A stretch of DNA of 64,000 nucleotides from Chara braunii (Eukaryota > Plantae > Charophyceae), in NCBI GenBank assembly GCA_003427395.1, contig BFEA01000007.1:3563210-3627209 (forward strand), in the 5' to 3' direction. The notes under the pieces are model-generated. The model worked only from the letters and a program-made list of their open reading frames with translations, was not told the DNA's origin and did not search any database. Numbering within the stretch: position 1 is the first letter of the stretch; each line of letters starts with the position of its first letter. Shown here one piece after another: positions 1-12,801 of this stretch. A program made the translations under genes and the position numbers.

Positions 1-1767
1 GTTGTTGTCGATGGCTTTCATTACACGGTGGAAGGCTGCTACCCTATTCGTCAGGGCAAAATGTGTTTGTGTGCGTGTGTGGGCGAGGGAAAAGGTGCCG
101 AACTCACGAACTCGCAGCCTGGTACTCCGTTGAGGCTCATGAGAGATGCTGAAAGAGGTCTCTTATCTAAACTAATGATCAATTGACGACTGCTCTCTTT
201 AGATGCGTTGAACTCGGTAACGCAACTGACGACACCTGTGAACGACGACTGCAAGGCGGACCTGTTATGAGAGGGGGCCACGCCGATGCGCGTATACCCC
301 ACCGTCTTCCCCGAACACAACGCACCCTCATTATGAATGTACACAAGCTAGATTTCCGGTCATTACAGTCAAGACGGGGGTGCGTTATGTTCGGGGGAAG
401 ACGGTAGTAGCTCGGAGGACGGTTGTGGCATCGGGCCTCGCTCCAGCACTCCCAAACGTGCAAAATGAGAATGAATCTTGCGGTAGAACATGGGAATATA
501 CAACGCCATATTGTTTGTGCATGTGGTGAGTAGTGGAGCGAGAGGTCCATGAACTACTCGAAGCGGATATGCGCCGTGGCGCCCATACCTCTCAACCGAC
601 TACCTACCTCGACTACCTACCTCTCAACAGACTACCTACCTCTCAACCGACTACCTATCAGAACAAGTTAGCAGAATGGAATGGGATCTTGAGCCGTCTG
701 AAACGTAGCTGGAAAGTTTCATGGGAAGGGTACGTATTTTTATTTTTTCTGTATTGTAGTTTTCTGGGAAGGCTATGTATGAGGCCGCGCCGTTGGTTCG
801 GCTGGTCGTGGGACTGAGGGCTGTACAATGGGGTGATCAGGACGCCCCACCACCGTAAGGTGGCTGGCGTCCGTTCGAAAGAAGTCGTCGTCGGAGGTAC
901 TTGTGGTCTGAGAAATGGATGGTCCTTCTTGACTAGATATTCCTCTGACCTGGTTAAAAAGAATTTGTCGCTCGAGCTGGTGGAAGAAGGGCCACGTGAG
1001 AGAGTATCCGTACGAACGCGAGTTATAGACGACAGGAACTGTCCCTGGTTCTCTCATTACGAGGTAGTCCTGGTCTCTTCATTTGCACAATTTTGAGTCT
1101 CTCCCCGTTGGACGCTGCCGGGTTTTGGGATGTGCAAACGGTAACCGAAACGGGGATCTTTCTTTGACCGTTGGTTGTCTTCTCAGCACCTCAAACGGGT
1201 TCTGAGTATGGGCCGTGTATCCGTATTTGTCGAGCTATGCACGATGATGAAAGGCGATGGGATCTTCAACGAACGTAGGGGTGGTCGTCCTTACGTTAGC
1301 GTCCATTGGAACACTGTTGGTGAAGTTGTCCTGCTTCATCAGCAAGTTCGTTCCTACATCGTAACGGCTCACCGCGACAGCCCTTTTGCGTGCGGCGGAA
1401 TATCGGACGGAGGCGGAAGTCTGCATCCAACCCTCGTAAAAGAGTTGTTTTAAGCATCCATGATACTCCATGTCTTCGGTGAATCAGCAGTCATTGCGTG
1501 TTTATGGGCAAGTTGCAGCGTCTTTGCTTCGTAGGTCCTCCCAGTGAAATATAGAAAAAGGAGTTTTATGGCACCTTACATTAGGGTAAATGAGGTTAAA
1601 GGGGGGTTATCTGCGGGGACTTCAATTTCGCAGCTCGGATCCCTGTTTTTGAATTACCTTCAATTTCTGATCTCTTTTATCGCTTGTTGTTTTTTATGTA
1701 TCCATTCTCGGCGTTTTCCTTTCCGTGCCGTTCCCGCGTTTCTCAAGCCGCTCTCTTCCTGTTGTAT

Positions 1768-1836
<69 letters not shown>

Positions 1837-2283
1837 GAACAAGCAGAGCCGTTGCAGTACCGAGAACATGGATTTACGCGAGGATGTCAGTGGCCCCCGT
1901 CGACCGGCTCGCCCCGGTCTTACTGACGAGCAAAGTTGCCTGCGCGTCTTAGCTATCTCCCTCGTTCGCATGCGAACTATCTGTGACTCCACTTGAGAGT
2001 CTCGCTCTTTCGTTCCGCGTCGGCGCAAATTTGTCTGATATCCATGTCCTCGCTCTGTATGCCTGGGAAGAATGGGGTTCGTCAAACGCATCTTGCGTCA
2101 CCCATTGCCACACGTTTCAGTACGTCCGAATCATCGTGTGACTATTCCCATCGTGCGTCCATAGCGTCATGGGACACCTTTTGCGCTCCCCTTCGCCCCC
2201 AATACTTGTTCAAAACATCTTGCGATTCCCACGCACATCGCACAATACAGCGAACATGACAGCACACACACACTCACACTCAC

Positions 2284-2315
<32 letters not shown>

Positions 2316-2401
2316 GTGCAGCGCGTTCACGGGTATGTGGAGAGAGAGATAGAGAACATCTTGCGATTCCCACGCACATCGCACGACACAGAGACACACA
2401 C

Positions 2402-2467
<66 letters not shown>

Positions 2468-4086
2468 CGCGTTTACCGGGGTGTGGAGAGAAAGAGAGAG
2501 GGGGAGGGACAGCGCGTTCAACGGGGTGCAAAGGAGATTTGTATGGTGAGGGAGAATAGGTGTAATTAAGGATTGGGGGGGTAAAAGAGCACTTTAGCAT
2601 CCGCTAGAAACGGAGGGCACGGGCACGGCAATACAACGGACGCGTGGTATGGATTATGAATATCACCAGTACGTTGTGATTCGATGGACTGTGGTCGTGG
2701 CAAATGTGCTTCTGGAGATGCATCCCCCAAGGACATGTAGACGTTTCGTGGAGGCTTGCGCTCTCGTAAGAAAGGAAGTTTTCTTGCGGCATGCATACGC
2801 CTGGGAAACTTGAGTCTGTGGGGGTTGGGAATCTTGTCTGTGGGGGGACTAGGAAGAGGCCGTCTGTCGTCATAATTTTTCTATTAGTGTGCACAATCGA
2901 AGTCCGGTTTTGTCATTTGCACCGTGCAAGATCCGGTCCTGGGAGTTGGGATCACGTGGTATGGAGGGTTTTCATTCGTTACATACACAGCGAGGCAGTT
3001 TCTTCAGTGGCAGTGGTTTTCACCGTTGAAGTTAGCCGATATGTGAAGGTGATGTTTTGTTGTTAATTTCGCTGATATGAAGTTAGCCGATATGTGGAGA
3101 CGATGTTTTGTAATCAATTTCGTGTGTTGTCATCGCTGACATCGTGGAAGCCGAAGGCGAAATTTAGACATCACTCCAAAGCCGTTCCTCTCCTGTTATG
3201 GAGGCATCGAGCACGTCCTTTGGCATGTGCGAGGACATTGTGCTTTCATGTGCACGGGTGTTGTGCATGGATTTGCATGCTGCTGCAGACGAATGAGGGA
3301 CTGTTCTCAATGCACGGTGATGGACTGTTTTGCATTGAGTAGCGTTTGTGTGGTAGTCTCATGAAGCGTTTCATGTCATCAAGCCGCCCCTTTTGGTGTG
3401 ATTGGCTGATCGAGTATTTTCTGTTAGCGAGCCAGCCACTGGGAGCTGTAATTGTTGCCGGTAGGAACAACATACATGATAGCTTTGTCTTTACATGTGG
3501 GAACAATATGCCTGGTAGTTATTGTTTTTGAAGTGTCGCCTTTTGAGAGATGGTTAACCGACCCCCCATTTTTCACCTCAATTTATAAGAAAACCATAAG
3601 GCCCGCCTTTTATGGCCACGGGGAGGGTGGAACGCACTTTTGGGGTTTCTTCGTGTCTGTGAGGATTCTGCCCGTGCTATCCTCGGGATAGAAGAGCAAC
3701 CTGAAGCTCGCAATTTGTTCCTGTTCGTCATATGTCATGTCATCAGTTATCGGAATTGTTGAACTGTCAGATCCGTGACTCTGGTGAAATTAAGAAAGCG
3801 ACGGAACAACGTAAAGAAGAGCAATGCGTCAGTGCCAGGAAAACTGCGGCTTATTGCTATGCCCTAGAAGCTGCACGGTTGTTGTACATACGCATGCAGG
3901 GTTTTCTTGGGACTGAAAACGTGAACGCAGGTTGAAATCAACAAAGCGACGGAACAAAGTAAAGAAATGCGCTTTGTTTTGACCCTATTTTTGTGGATTT
4001 GGTTGACTGTATTTGTTGCGAATTTTGGGTTGTGCACTTCGTGCTGTTTGACATGGGTTTTCTTGGGACTGGAAACGTGTGCGCAG

Positions 4087-4203
4087 GTTCGATTGGTGGT
4101 GGACAGGGAGACTGGACAGTGCAAAGGTTATGGATTTGTCACATTTATGAATAAGGAGTCGGCACAGAAGGCGATCGAGACGCTCAACGAGACCGAGTTC
4201 AAG
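4087..4203 (+). CDS. hnRNP Q-like exon, C-terminal half of RRM1
   Basis: gcgcag|GTT...AAG|gtacac; VRLVVDRETGQCKGYGFVTFMNKESAQKAIETLNETEFK. Confidence 0.92.
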
Positions 4204-7200
4204 GTACACTCAGCAGGCGAAAGGATTTCCATGTGTGCCTCTGCTGAATGGTTATGCGCTGATGCCGTGTATCAATCTTAATTGCTTGTTTCTGAATGAC
4301 GAATCTCATGGATCGGCTTTCTTTTTTTGCGAATGACGAATCTCATGGATCATGAGGGAGGAAAAATTTGAATGATTTTTGCATTCTTGTGCCGAATGAG
4401 AAATCTTGTGAACGTATGCATGGTTGTAGAAATTTTGCTTTGCTGAAGCCAAGTTGCTTTTCTCAGTGTTTTGGAAGTCCGAAAATTTATCCTTTTATCT
4501 CGCATATCTCTCATGACGTGGCTGAGATCACGGTAGATTGATTGCCGACTGGTGCCGGTTTCTCACTGCGTCTTCTTTATTGTTCCCAGGGTAAGAAGAT
4601 AAGAGTTACACCGTCGCAGTCAAAGCACAGGCTTTTTATTGGGAACATCCCCAAGCTCTGGACAAAGGAGGAGCTCTTGAAAGCCTTATCAGACGAGTCT
4701 GCTGGAATTGAAAGTGTGGATCTGCTGCAGGTTAGTTTTGGTTCTGTGGAATTCCTCAATACAGCGTTTTCTTCTCTTTTTTCTGAGCAAACCTCCCACT
4801 CTCAAGTCATGTCACAGGGGTTGAACTATAGTCAAGCTCAACAGGGTTTTCTTTCCCCGCCGATTCTTCCTAGCCCGTTCGCTCGGCTAGCAAAACGGAC
4901 CAAAATCTTTGCAAAGCTATTTCATAGTAGCAAGCGAGTTTCTATGAAATAGCTTCGCAAAGATTTTGGTCTTTTTCTGTTCAGCCTAGTAAGTAGTAAC
5001 GTGATCTGGCGTGTTGACCCGAAGTGAAGAGGTTGGCAATGTGGTGCGATTGAATACATGTGAACGCTGAGGCAACACAAATGATGGCATTGTTTGTTGT
5101 AGCTGTGTATGCAAAGGATGAGGTGAAGTTACAGTAGCGCCACACAGTTATGGCATTGTTTGGTGAGCAACCAGAAGTTAGGTGCAGAAAGTAAAGGAAA
5201 AGGGAAACTGATCTCTCGAGTGGTTGCCGGCAGTTTGAACAGTTTGCGTCTTGAGCTGGAATCATGGCTGCTCCTCTTTGTTCGTGATGGTCGTGAGTTT
5301 TTGTTCGTGGTGGCTGTGGTTAATGGCCGACCACAAGATTTTAGGACCGGCTGCTAATCGCAGCCATTTTTTGGTGTGCAAAGGTCACGGATTCTTTTGT
5401 TATAGAGGAAGAGAGGTGGTGGAGGAAAAAAAGGAGCGGAGGGTTCTTTTTACCCTTTTCTTTTTCCAAATGTTGCGAGGTGGCGGAGGACGAGGAGCAC
5501 AATAGTATGGAGTAACGAGCGGTGGAGACGAGGAGGAAGATGGAGGTAGTGGCTCTCCATGCGAACCCTGTGAGGAGAAGTAGGATTCTGATTTTCATTT
5601 TTGTTTTCTCTATAATATCTTCGGCATTGAGTGGATGCGGAGCATACTGAGAAGCAGGGTGATGGAGATCTATCTTTGGCATTGAGGGGATGCAGGACGT
5701 GCCGAGCAACAGGGTGATAGATAGATGTGGAGGTAAAAACGGAGAGAGTCTGTGAAGTAAGGAAAGGGTAGAGAGAGATTCAGTTATCCAGTGGTTGACA
5801 CTGTGCCCGAGTACCTGTGTTGCATGCATGGGAAGGGGAGCAGGGTCAATGGTGAGGTAGTGGAGGCATCGATGTGTGGAGAGGTCAGCAAGCTGAAGGG
5901 TGTTTTCTGTTGTTACGCGGGACCTGTGCACTACGGAAATCTGGATCCATACCCGGACTTCCTGGGTGCGTCCAAATTGCCTGCGTATATGCACAATATC
6001 AAGACCAACCATATCTCTAAACTAGGGACTACCCGGGTGAGTCCGCCTATCCCTCATGGAAACAAGTGAAATGGGTTAAGTCTTCCTAACAAATAGGATT
6101 ATTCTCTCACACTTCTGCACCACTGTGCCACCTGCTTCTGGCATTCTCACAATGCAAATAGAGCAGGATAGTAGTGCATGAAAAAGAGGAATCTCTGACG
6201 AAAGGGGCATGAGTAATCTGACAATCAAAATTCCTCACAGCTCGGTAGGCACTAGAGCAAAATAACAGCACGAGAGAGTGAGGGAGCTGTTTTTGGATCC
6301 CGAACTGTCAGAGCACTGTGAGGATCTGCTGTCCGTTTGCCTGCATTTCCTTTTCGTTTCGTCACTGATGAGCTCGCTGTTTTGCCCTTCTTAGGAATTA
6401 CAGAAACAGTCTTGTTCTGTTTATTGCTTTTCTGTGGAAAGTGGTGGTTACTGCAACAAAGTTTTGCTGAGATTTGCATTGTTTATCTTGTTTGTTTCCA
6501 TTTTTCTTGGGTTCTGGCCGCCATGAGGTCAGAGGGATGGCAGAAGGCAATGGGAAATGCCCCCATGCTGTTAGAGTTGCGTTGTTGGGGCATGTCTCGT
6601 CAGCGTACTTGACGTTGTGGACGTCTGGTCCAAAAAACCGTTGTCTTGTGTTGCCAGCGTACTTGACCCTGTGGAGGTCTTTCCCACTGGTCTGGATTGT
6701 TTGACTTCGCCCTAAAAACAATGCGGACACCTCCCCTGACTTCTTACCCTTCGGGTCCCCCTCCTGCTGTAAGCATGGTTTTATCAACTCGAGCTTGTGG
6801 AGGTGACAGGAGTCGGAGAGGGGAAGTCAAAGATGTGGTAGGAGGTAGTGGCGGAGTGATGGTTTAATGAACATCCGGAGGGAGGGACAGATGTGTTTTT
6901 CCCTCTCCCTGAGGGGGAGGATGGTAAAGAGTTGTTTTTCCCGGTCACTAATATGGTTGCGCAAGGGGATGGTTGCGCAAGGGGATCCAAAAGAGGACGA
7001 TGACCGATTGAAGCAAGACAAGCAGGAAGCAGGAGAGCAAGGAGAGCACAGCAGTGCTACACTTGCCCACATCTTTTTGTGCACATTGCATGTCGATTGT
7101 TTTCCTGTGGCGGTATGGAAGAAACTCCTGCCAGCACATCCGAGGCAGAGAGAGGGGGGGAAGTAGGGGATGCCATTGCATCATGTACTCAGATTGCATG

Positions 7201-10149
7201 TTTTCCACTGCCAGCTCACATCCTACGAACAGTAGTTCACAAGAACAGGCGGTAATGATTTGGTAACGACTTAGATAAGGTGCACCGTGTGACTACTGGT
7301 TGGTTCTTGCAAAACTCTGTGCTTCTACTTATGCCTTCAGTTTTCTCTGTCTAAAATTTTCAGTATTTAATCTTCTTCTTTCAGTGGAAGCAGCAGTAGT
7401 TCCGACAGTGACCCATCCCAACTTGCTGCAGGTTGTTGATTAGGGTCAACTTGTGATGACCCGTCCAAACATGGACTGAAACACACAGCTGATTTCTGAG
7501 TTCTGCTCATAGACTGAATGCCTTGCTGAGTTTCCCGCCTGCTACTTAGTCTGTGTGTGCATGCTTGCTGGACTGCATGTCTGTCTGAGTGCTGGTTGGC
7601 TTGGGTGTGTGTGTGACCGTGCCTGTCTGAGTGCTGGTTGGCATGAGTATGTGTGTGGCCCGTCAGGGCACTTGCTCGTTCGTTGGGTCCTCAGGGCGTA
7701 CTTACCTGTGGCCGTGACATTGAGGGGTTGCAGCGGGGAAAAGCACTCAAGTAGTGGGTAGGCCGGTACCGCACCTGGAAGGGGTACAAGTGGCATTTTT
7801 AGAGGTCCAGTAGTGTAGGCTAGGTCTAGGCAAATACCAGTCTGAGTCTAGGGCCTGTACGGGCAATATCAGAGTCTGCAATGATGTTTCCCTCCAAAAA
7901 GGAGGTACCGGTTGCTTGGGAGGCCAAGCGGCCTGGAAGTCACCGCCCAAGAGGCAAAGCAGGCCGCTATATCTTCGGGCTGGGCGGAGAGTCCGGCCTC
8001 TTTTTCGGTGTGCAAGTTTGGCGACACACTGGTGGAGCGCTGGCTGGAGCAGCGCTATGCTGGAGCAGCGCTGCTGGGGAGGAAGGAGAAGGACACGAGG
8101 AAGGAAGGGGGGAGGAGCGCCAGGGTACTAACCTGGCTATGGTGGCAGCCATCTTCATCACCTTGGTGGGCGCTGTAGCAGGGAGTCCCCAACTGGGGAG
8201 AGCCACACCAAGAAGCTTCAAGGCAGCGTTGGGCATGGCGACCTGAGCTAGAGCAGCCATAGCTGCTTTGGGTTGTCATTTGGGCATCTGGGCAAGGCCT
8301 AGTAGTCCGCCATAGCCTCGGCCTATGAGAGTGAAGAGTGGGAATGCGGCCATGGCTATGGTGGACCTCAAGTGATACCTGCAGTAGAAGAGGGACTCGG
8401 ACATTGATTCTGGATCAGCCATTCAACATTGTATTATTATTTCTTGTATGAATAAGAGAAGGGGGAGATAAGGAGGAAGAGATTGTTGGGCGAAGAAGAA
8501 GAGCCTTGTCATTGTCTTTGCTGGTGTACGTCTTCTTCTTCTTCTTTCTTCTTCTTCTAATCCTCTCTCTCTCCTCTCAAGTTCATTCATTTCTTTCTGC
8601 AATTGGACGGCATTGTACTTTCTGATAGATGTGTATCTCGAAATTGGCCAGGATCATAACGAACTTGCTTATTGACATGACTTGCGACGTTTTGCTATGT
8701 CTCAGGATCCATCAAACCCACACAAGAACCGCGGTTTTGCTTTTGTGGAATATTATAACCATGCAGCAGCAGAACAGGCTAGAAGAGTTTTGTCGAAGCA
8801 ATCCTTTTTGCTGGGGGGAAGGACTCCAACTGTCAACTATGCAGAAAATCGCACTGAGCCAGATGCAGCTGCGATGGCACAGGTATGCGGACTTGAGTAG
8901 TCCTTGGATTGATGTTGAACTGCAGTGCTTTTGTTCTGCTTTGATACTGTGGATTGGGTTCTGTGCATCCTCTCTCAACGTCAAGGGGGCTCGCGGAGTG
9001 TCTGCTTTGGATTTCTGATGATCCAATATATGCAGGGGGCTTCATGTTGTCTAAGGGTGTGTTTGGACGAGCGGATTCTTACAGTACTATGTGCTAATTG
9101 ACTCTTGTAGAGGGATTTGAAGTGTTTATCACAACAACTCTCTGCTGAACGGCAGACGCCTTTCATTTTGAAGTGTTAGGTCAGGGGCTGTGGAGAATTG
9201 GGGCTGAGGACTGCTGTGGGTGGTTTATTTATGCATCTTTCTACGCTTTGTCTTAATGGACAAAGTAGTGCCCTACCTGTACGCTCTCTTCTTTTAATTA
9301 AACAAGTTTCTTCTTTTAATTAAACAAGTTTCTTCTTTTAATTAAACAAGTTTCTTTTAATTAAACAAGTTTCTTCTTTTAATTAAACAAGTTTCTTTTA
9401 ATTAAACAAGTTTCTTTTAATTAAACAAGCTTCCTTTTCGCATCTCCCTCCATCCTAGCGCCCTGCTCCTCCATCAACCTCGAACATTTTCTCTCTTACA
9501 GATGAGCAGAAAGACGAAGAAGGAAGGAGGCGGCGGCGGAGAAGAAGGCTCCCGAGGGAAAGGGGTGGACGATGGAGCGGAGGAGGACAAGGATGTATAG
9601 AGAAAGGAGGAAGAAGAAGATTTGTCTTAGCTTTCTTCTCTTTCTCCATCCCAGCGCCCTGCTCCTGGATCGTCCTCCAGCCTCCCATTGATCGATATTC
9701 CTCCCTCCGGCATACGTTCCTCCCCTTTCTCGGCGGCTGTGATTGGGTTGAGGTCGGATGGGATGATGGGTTGGATCCAGAGGCATTGGGCAGGTCGGGA
9801 TGGGATTGGATGGGATCAGGTCGGGATGGGATTCAATGGGATCAGATTGGGATCGGGTTACCCCGCTCTGCCATCTCTCATCTCTCCTCGTCAGTGCGTG
9901 CAGCGCTAAACGTTCCCTCTCTCCTCTTCCTCCCTCCTTTCTTCTACTTCCCTCTTCCCCATCATCCAACTTACGTTCCTCATGTTTCTCGTTGTCCTTC
10001 ATTGTCGTAGCCATATCGGCCTCCTTTGTTGAGCCCCTCCAGTTTCTATCGTTTAACATCGTCACGATGCCTTCTGAGACAGAGAGAGAAGCAAGGCATC
10101 ATTGCGCTGCTGTCAACTGTCGAGGACGACCGAAGGGGGGTTGAACGGC

Positions 10150-10183
<34 letters not shown>

Positions 10184-11672
10184 GTTGAGGTAAGTCGTGG
10201 TTATCTCCCCCTTGCTTCTTTTTGGCTTCTCCTACGCCGCCTCCTCTCCTGAACCATGTCGTCTTCGCCCCCCCGCACTTAGGCGTACCACCACCTCCTC
10301 CCTCTCTTCCCTCCTCCTACCTGCCTCCTTTGTGTCCCAGTTCCCTGTCCTTCCCCGTTATTGCCGTTATCACCCCCTTTCTCACTTCACCCCCTTTCTC
10401 ACTTCTTTTCGAATTCTCCTCCTCTCCCCACCTCCACCTGCTTCGATTTGTCTCCCTTACCCAGTTCAATATCGTTACTCCATGGATGTATCTGTCCGCA
10501 ATTACAACTGGACTTGGATGTAATTGCGATCAGATACATTCGCGTCCAATCTCCCACCATCGTCATCCTGCATTGTCCTCTCTCATTTGTCATTGATCGT
10601 CATTACACACACACACACACTCACACACACACATCCACGTCCAGTTTCAGGCATGGGCCAAGATCGGCATGGCGGATATAGCAGGTTGAGGGGGCGTTGC
10701 ATAGTGCACCCTCTCGCTGAAAGTGTCCAAACGCATGTAGTGAACTGTGTAGTGGAGCGAGCCGCATTAGCGGAGTGAACGAATCGCTCACGAACACGCG
10801 CTGCTCGGACACACTGGGCGTCAGAAAGGCAAAAAATATGGCCATGTATCTTTCCATGTTCTAGTGGACGATTCAGTCCCATTTTGCACGTTTGATGAGC
10901 AGCAGAGCGAGGCCTGCCAAACCCGACATCTTTCCCTAAGTGTTAGGTCAGGGGCTGTGGAGCATTGGGGGTGAAGAGTGCAGTGGGTGCTTTATTTATG
11001 CATCTTTCTACGCTTTGTCTTAATGGACAAAGGAGTGCCCTACCTGCTCGCTTTCTTCTTTTAATTAAATTCATTATCCAGACCTTGTCTGTGTCTTTGA
11101 CGGATGTTCCTTGAAATTTCTGTGGTTGGAATTATCATTGGTTTGAGGCACATGGATTTGTTTCTTGGGTCTTTTGTAGCATTTGAGTCTTCTCATAGCC
11201 TGTGAATGTTGTGAATGAGCGCAGGTCAAAGTTGTGTATGTCAGAAATCTTCCCGAGTCAGTGACGGAGGATTACCTACGAAAACTTTTTGAAAAGCACG
11301 GAGAGATCACGAAGATCATTCTGCCAATTCCAAAGCCTGGGCAGCCCAAGAGGGACTTTGGATTCATTCACTTTGCAGAGAGGAGCAGCGCAGTTGCTGC
11401 TATTGACAAAGATGAGAAATATGAAGTGGATGGTAAGTACGGTGCTCGTGGATGTGCTTGAAGTCGATTGTGAGCTGAACTGGGTGTTGGAATCATGCTC
11501 GTGGGTTCTAGTCTTGTATCTGGTTGTGTGTTGAATTTCAGTGAAATAACTATGGTGCCAGCTGGACAAATTCTGAACTATGACCTGTCGTCCCCCTTGC
11601 TCTACTCGAATCCAACAGCCGTTGGGTCGAGGGATGGGGACTCGGGTTAGTCACTTTTGTCCCTATCCCCTC

Positions 11673-11770
<98 letters not shown>

Positions 11771-12281
11771 NNNNNNNNNNNNNNNNNNNNNNNNNNNNNN
11801 NNNNNNNNNNNNNGGAGGAGGGAGGAAGGATTGATGGACATACATAGAGAGAGAGGATGAAGATGATGGTGGGGGAGGAGCGGAGAGAGAGAGAGAGGGG
11901 ATGAAGATGATGGTGGGGGAGGAGCCTCGATGGAGGATGATGATGATGATGGGGAAAGGGTGAGGAAGGAGGAAGGATTGGTGATGGAGAGAGGCTGAGA
12001 GAGAGATGAGGGATGCGGAAGGGAGGATGGTTGAGGCAAAGTTGGTAGAGGGGGGGAAAGGTACATACCGCATGGTGCTTATTCTAGTTTTTTTTTTAAT
12101 ATCCCCGATTTTCCTTTGTATGAGAGAGAGAGAGAGCGAGAGAGAGAGAGAGATGCGGGATGGGGGAGGGGGGAGGGTTAGGGCAAAGCTGGCGGTTGCA
12201 GGGGGAGGCAAAAGCATGCCATGTGGTGCGATCTTTCGTTTCCCGTGTCTTGTGTGCATGTATTGTGTGTGTGCGTGTGTG

Positions 12282-12325
<44 letters not shown>

Positions 12326-12732
12326 AGAGGGGGGGGATGAGGATGGGGGGGGAGTGTTAGGTTAAAGTTGGTGGAGGGCGGGGAGGCTAAAAGTGCGCTA
12401 TTTTTTATTATGTATTTCTTTTGCCCTCTTTTGTTTGTGTGTATGTGCGGCATACTGCGCAGCCACACGGGCCTGCAGTGCCTGACCAGATGGAAAATAA
12501 GTGCCCCTCTTCTTCGTCTGATCCCCTCCTTTTCGTCTGTGCATGGACCTGGCGCCTGCTTCCTGTGTGTAGCGCCAGGCCCTTCACACCTTGGGATGAT
12601 GATGATGTATGTTTGGTCTGCAGTGCGACATTGATTGGTCGGATCATTGGTATATTAGCCTTTCGCTGCGTTATCTCGTACTATGTGAGAGAGGTCGGTT
12701 CTTGTTCTGGTCTGCACCGTTACGGTATGCGA

Positions 12733-12801
<69 letters not shown>

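Noticed and set aside
833-1453. Plus-strand ORF fragments as the missing 5' exon of the hnRNP gene
   Set aside because: There is no RNP2 motif (EVFIGG-like) or acidic N-terminus. It is probably decayed TE sequence.
9303-9431. Short repeat array, and the 63255-63930 array, as CRISPR-like
   Set aside because: The units are directly tandem or separated by microsatellites. There are no unique spacers or cas genes, and the context is eukaryotic.
10892-10925. Hammerhead-like TTGATGA-GCAG...CTGC-CAAAC
   Set aside because: Two core positions are wrong, there is no stem I or III, and the homologous copy at ~430-460 lacks the core.
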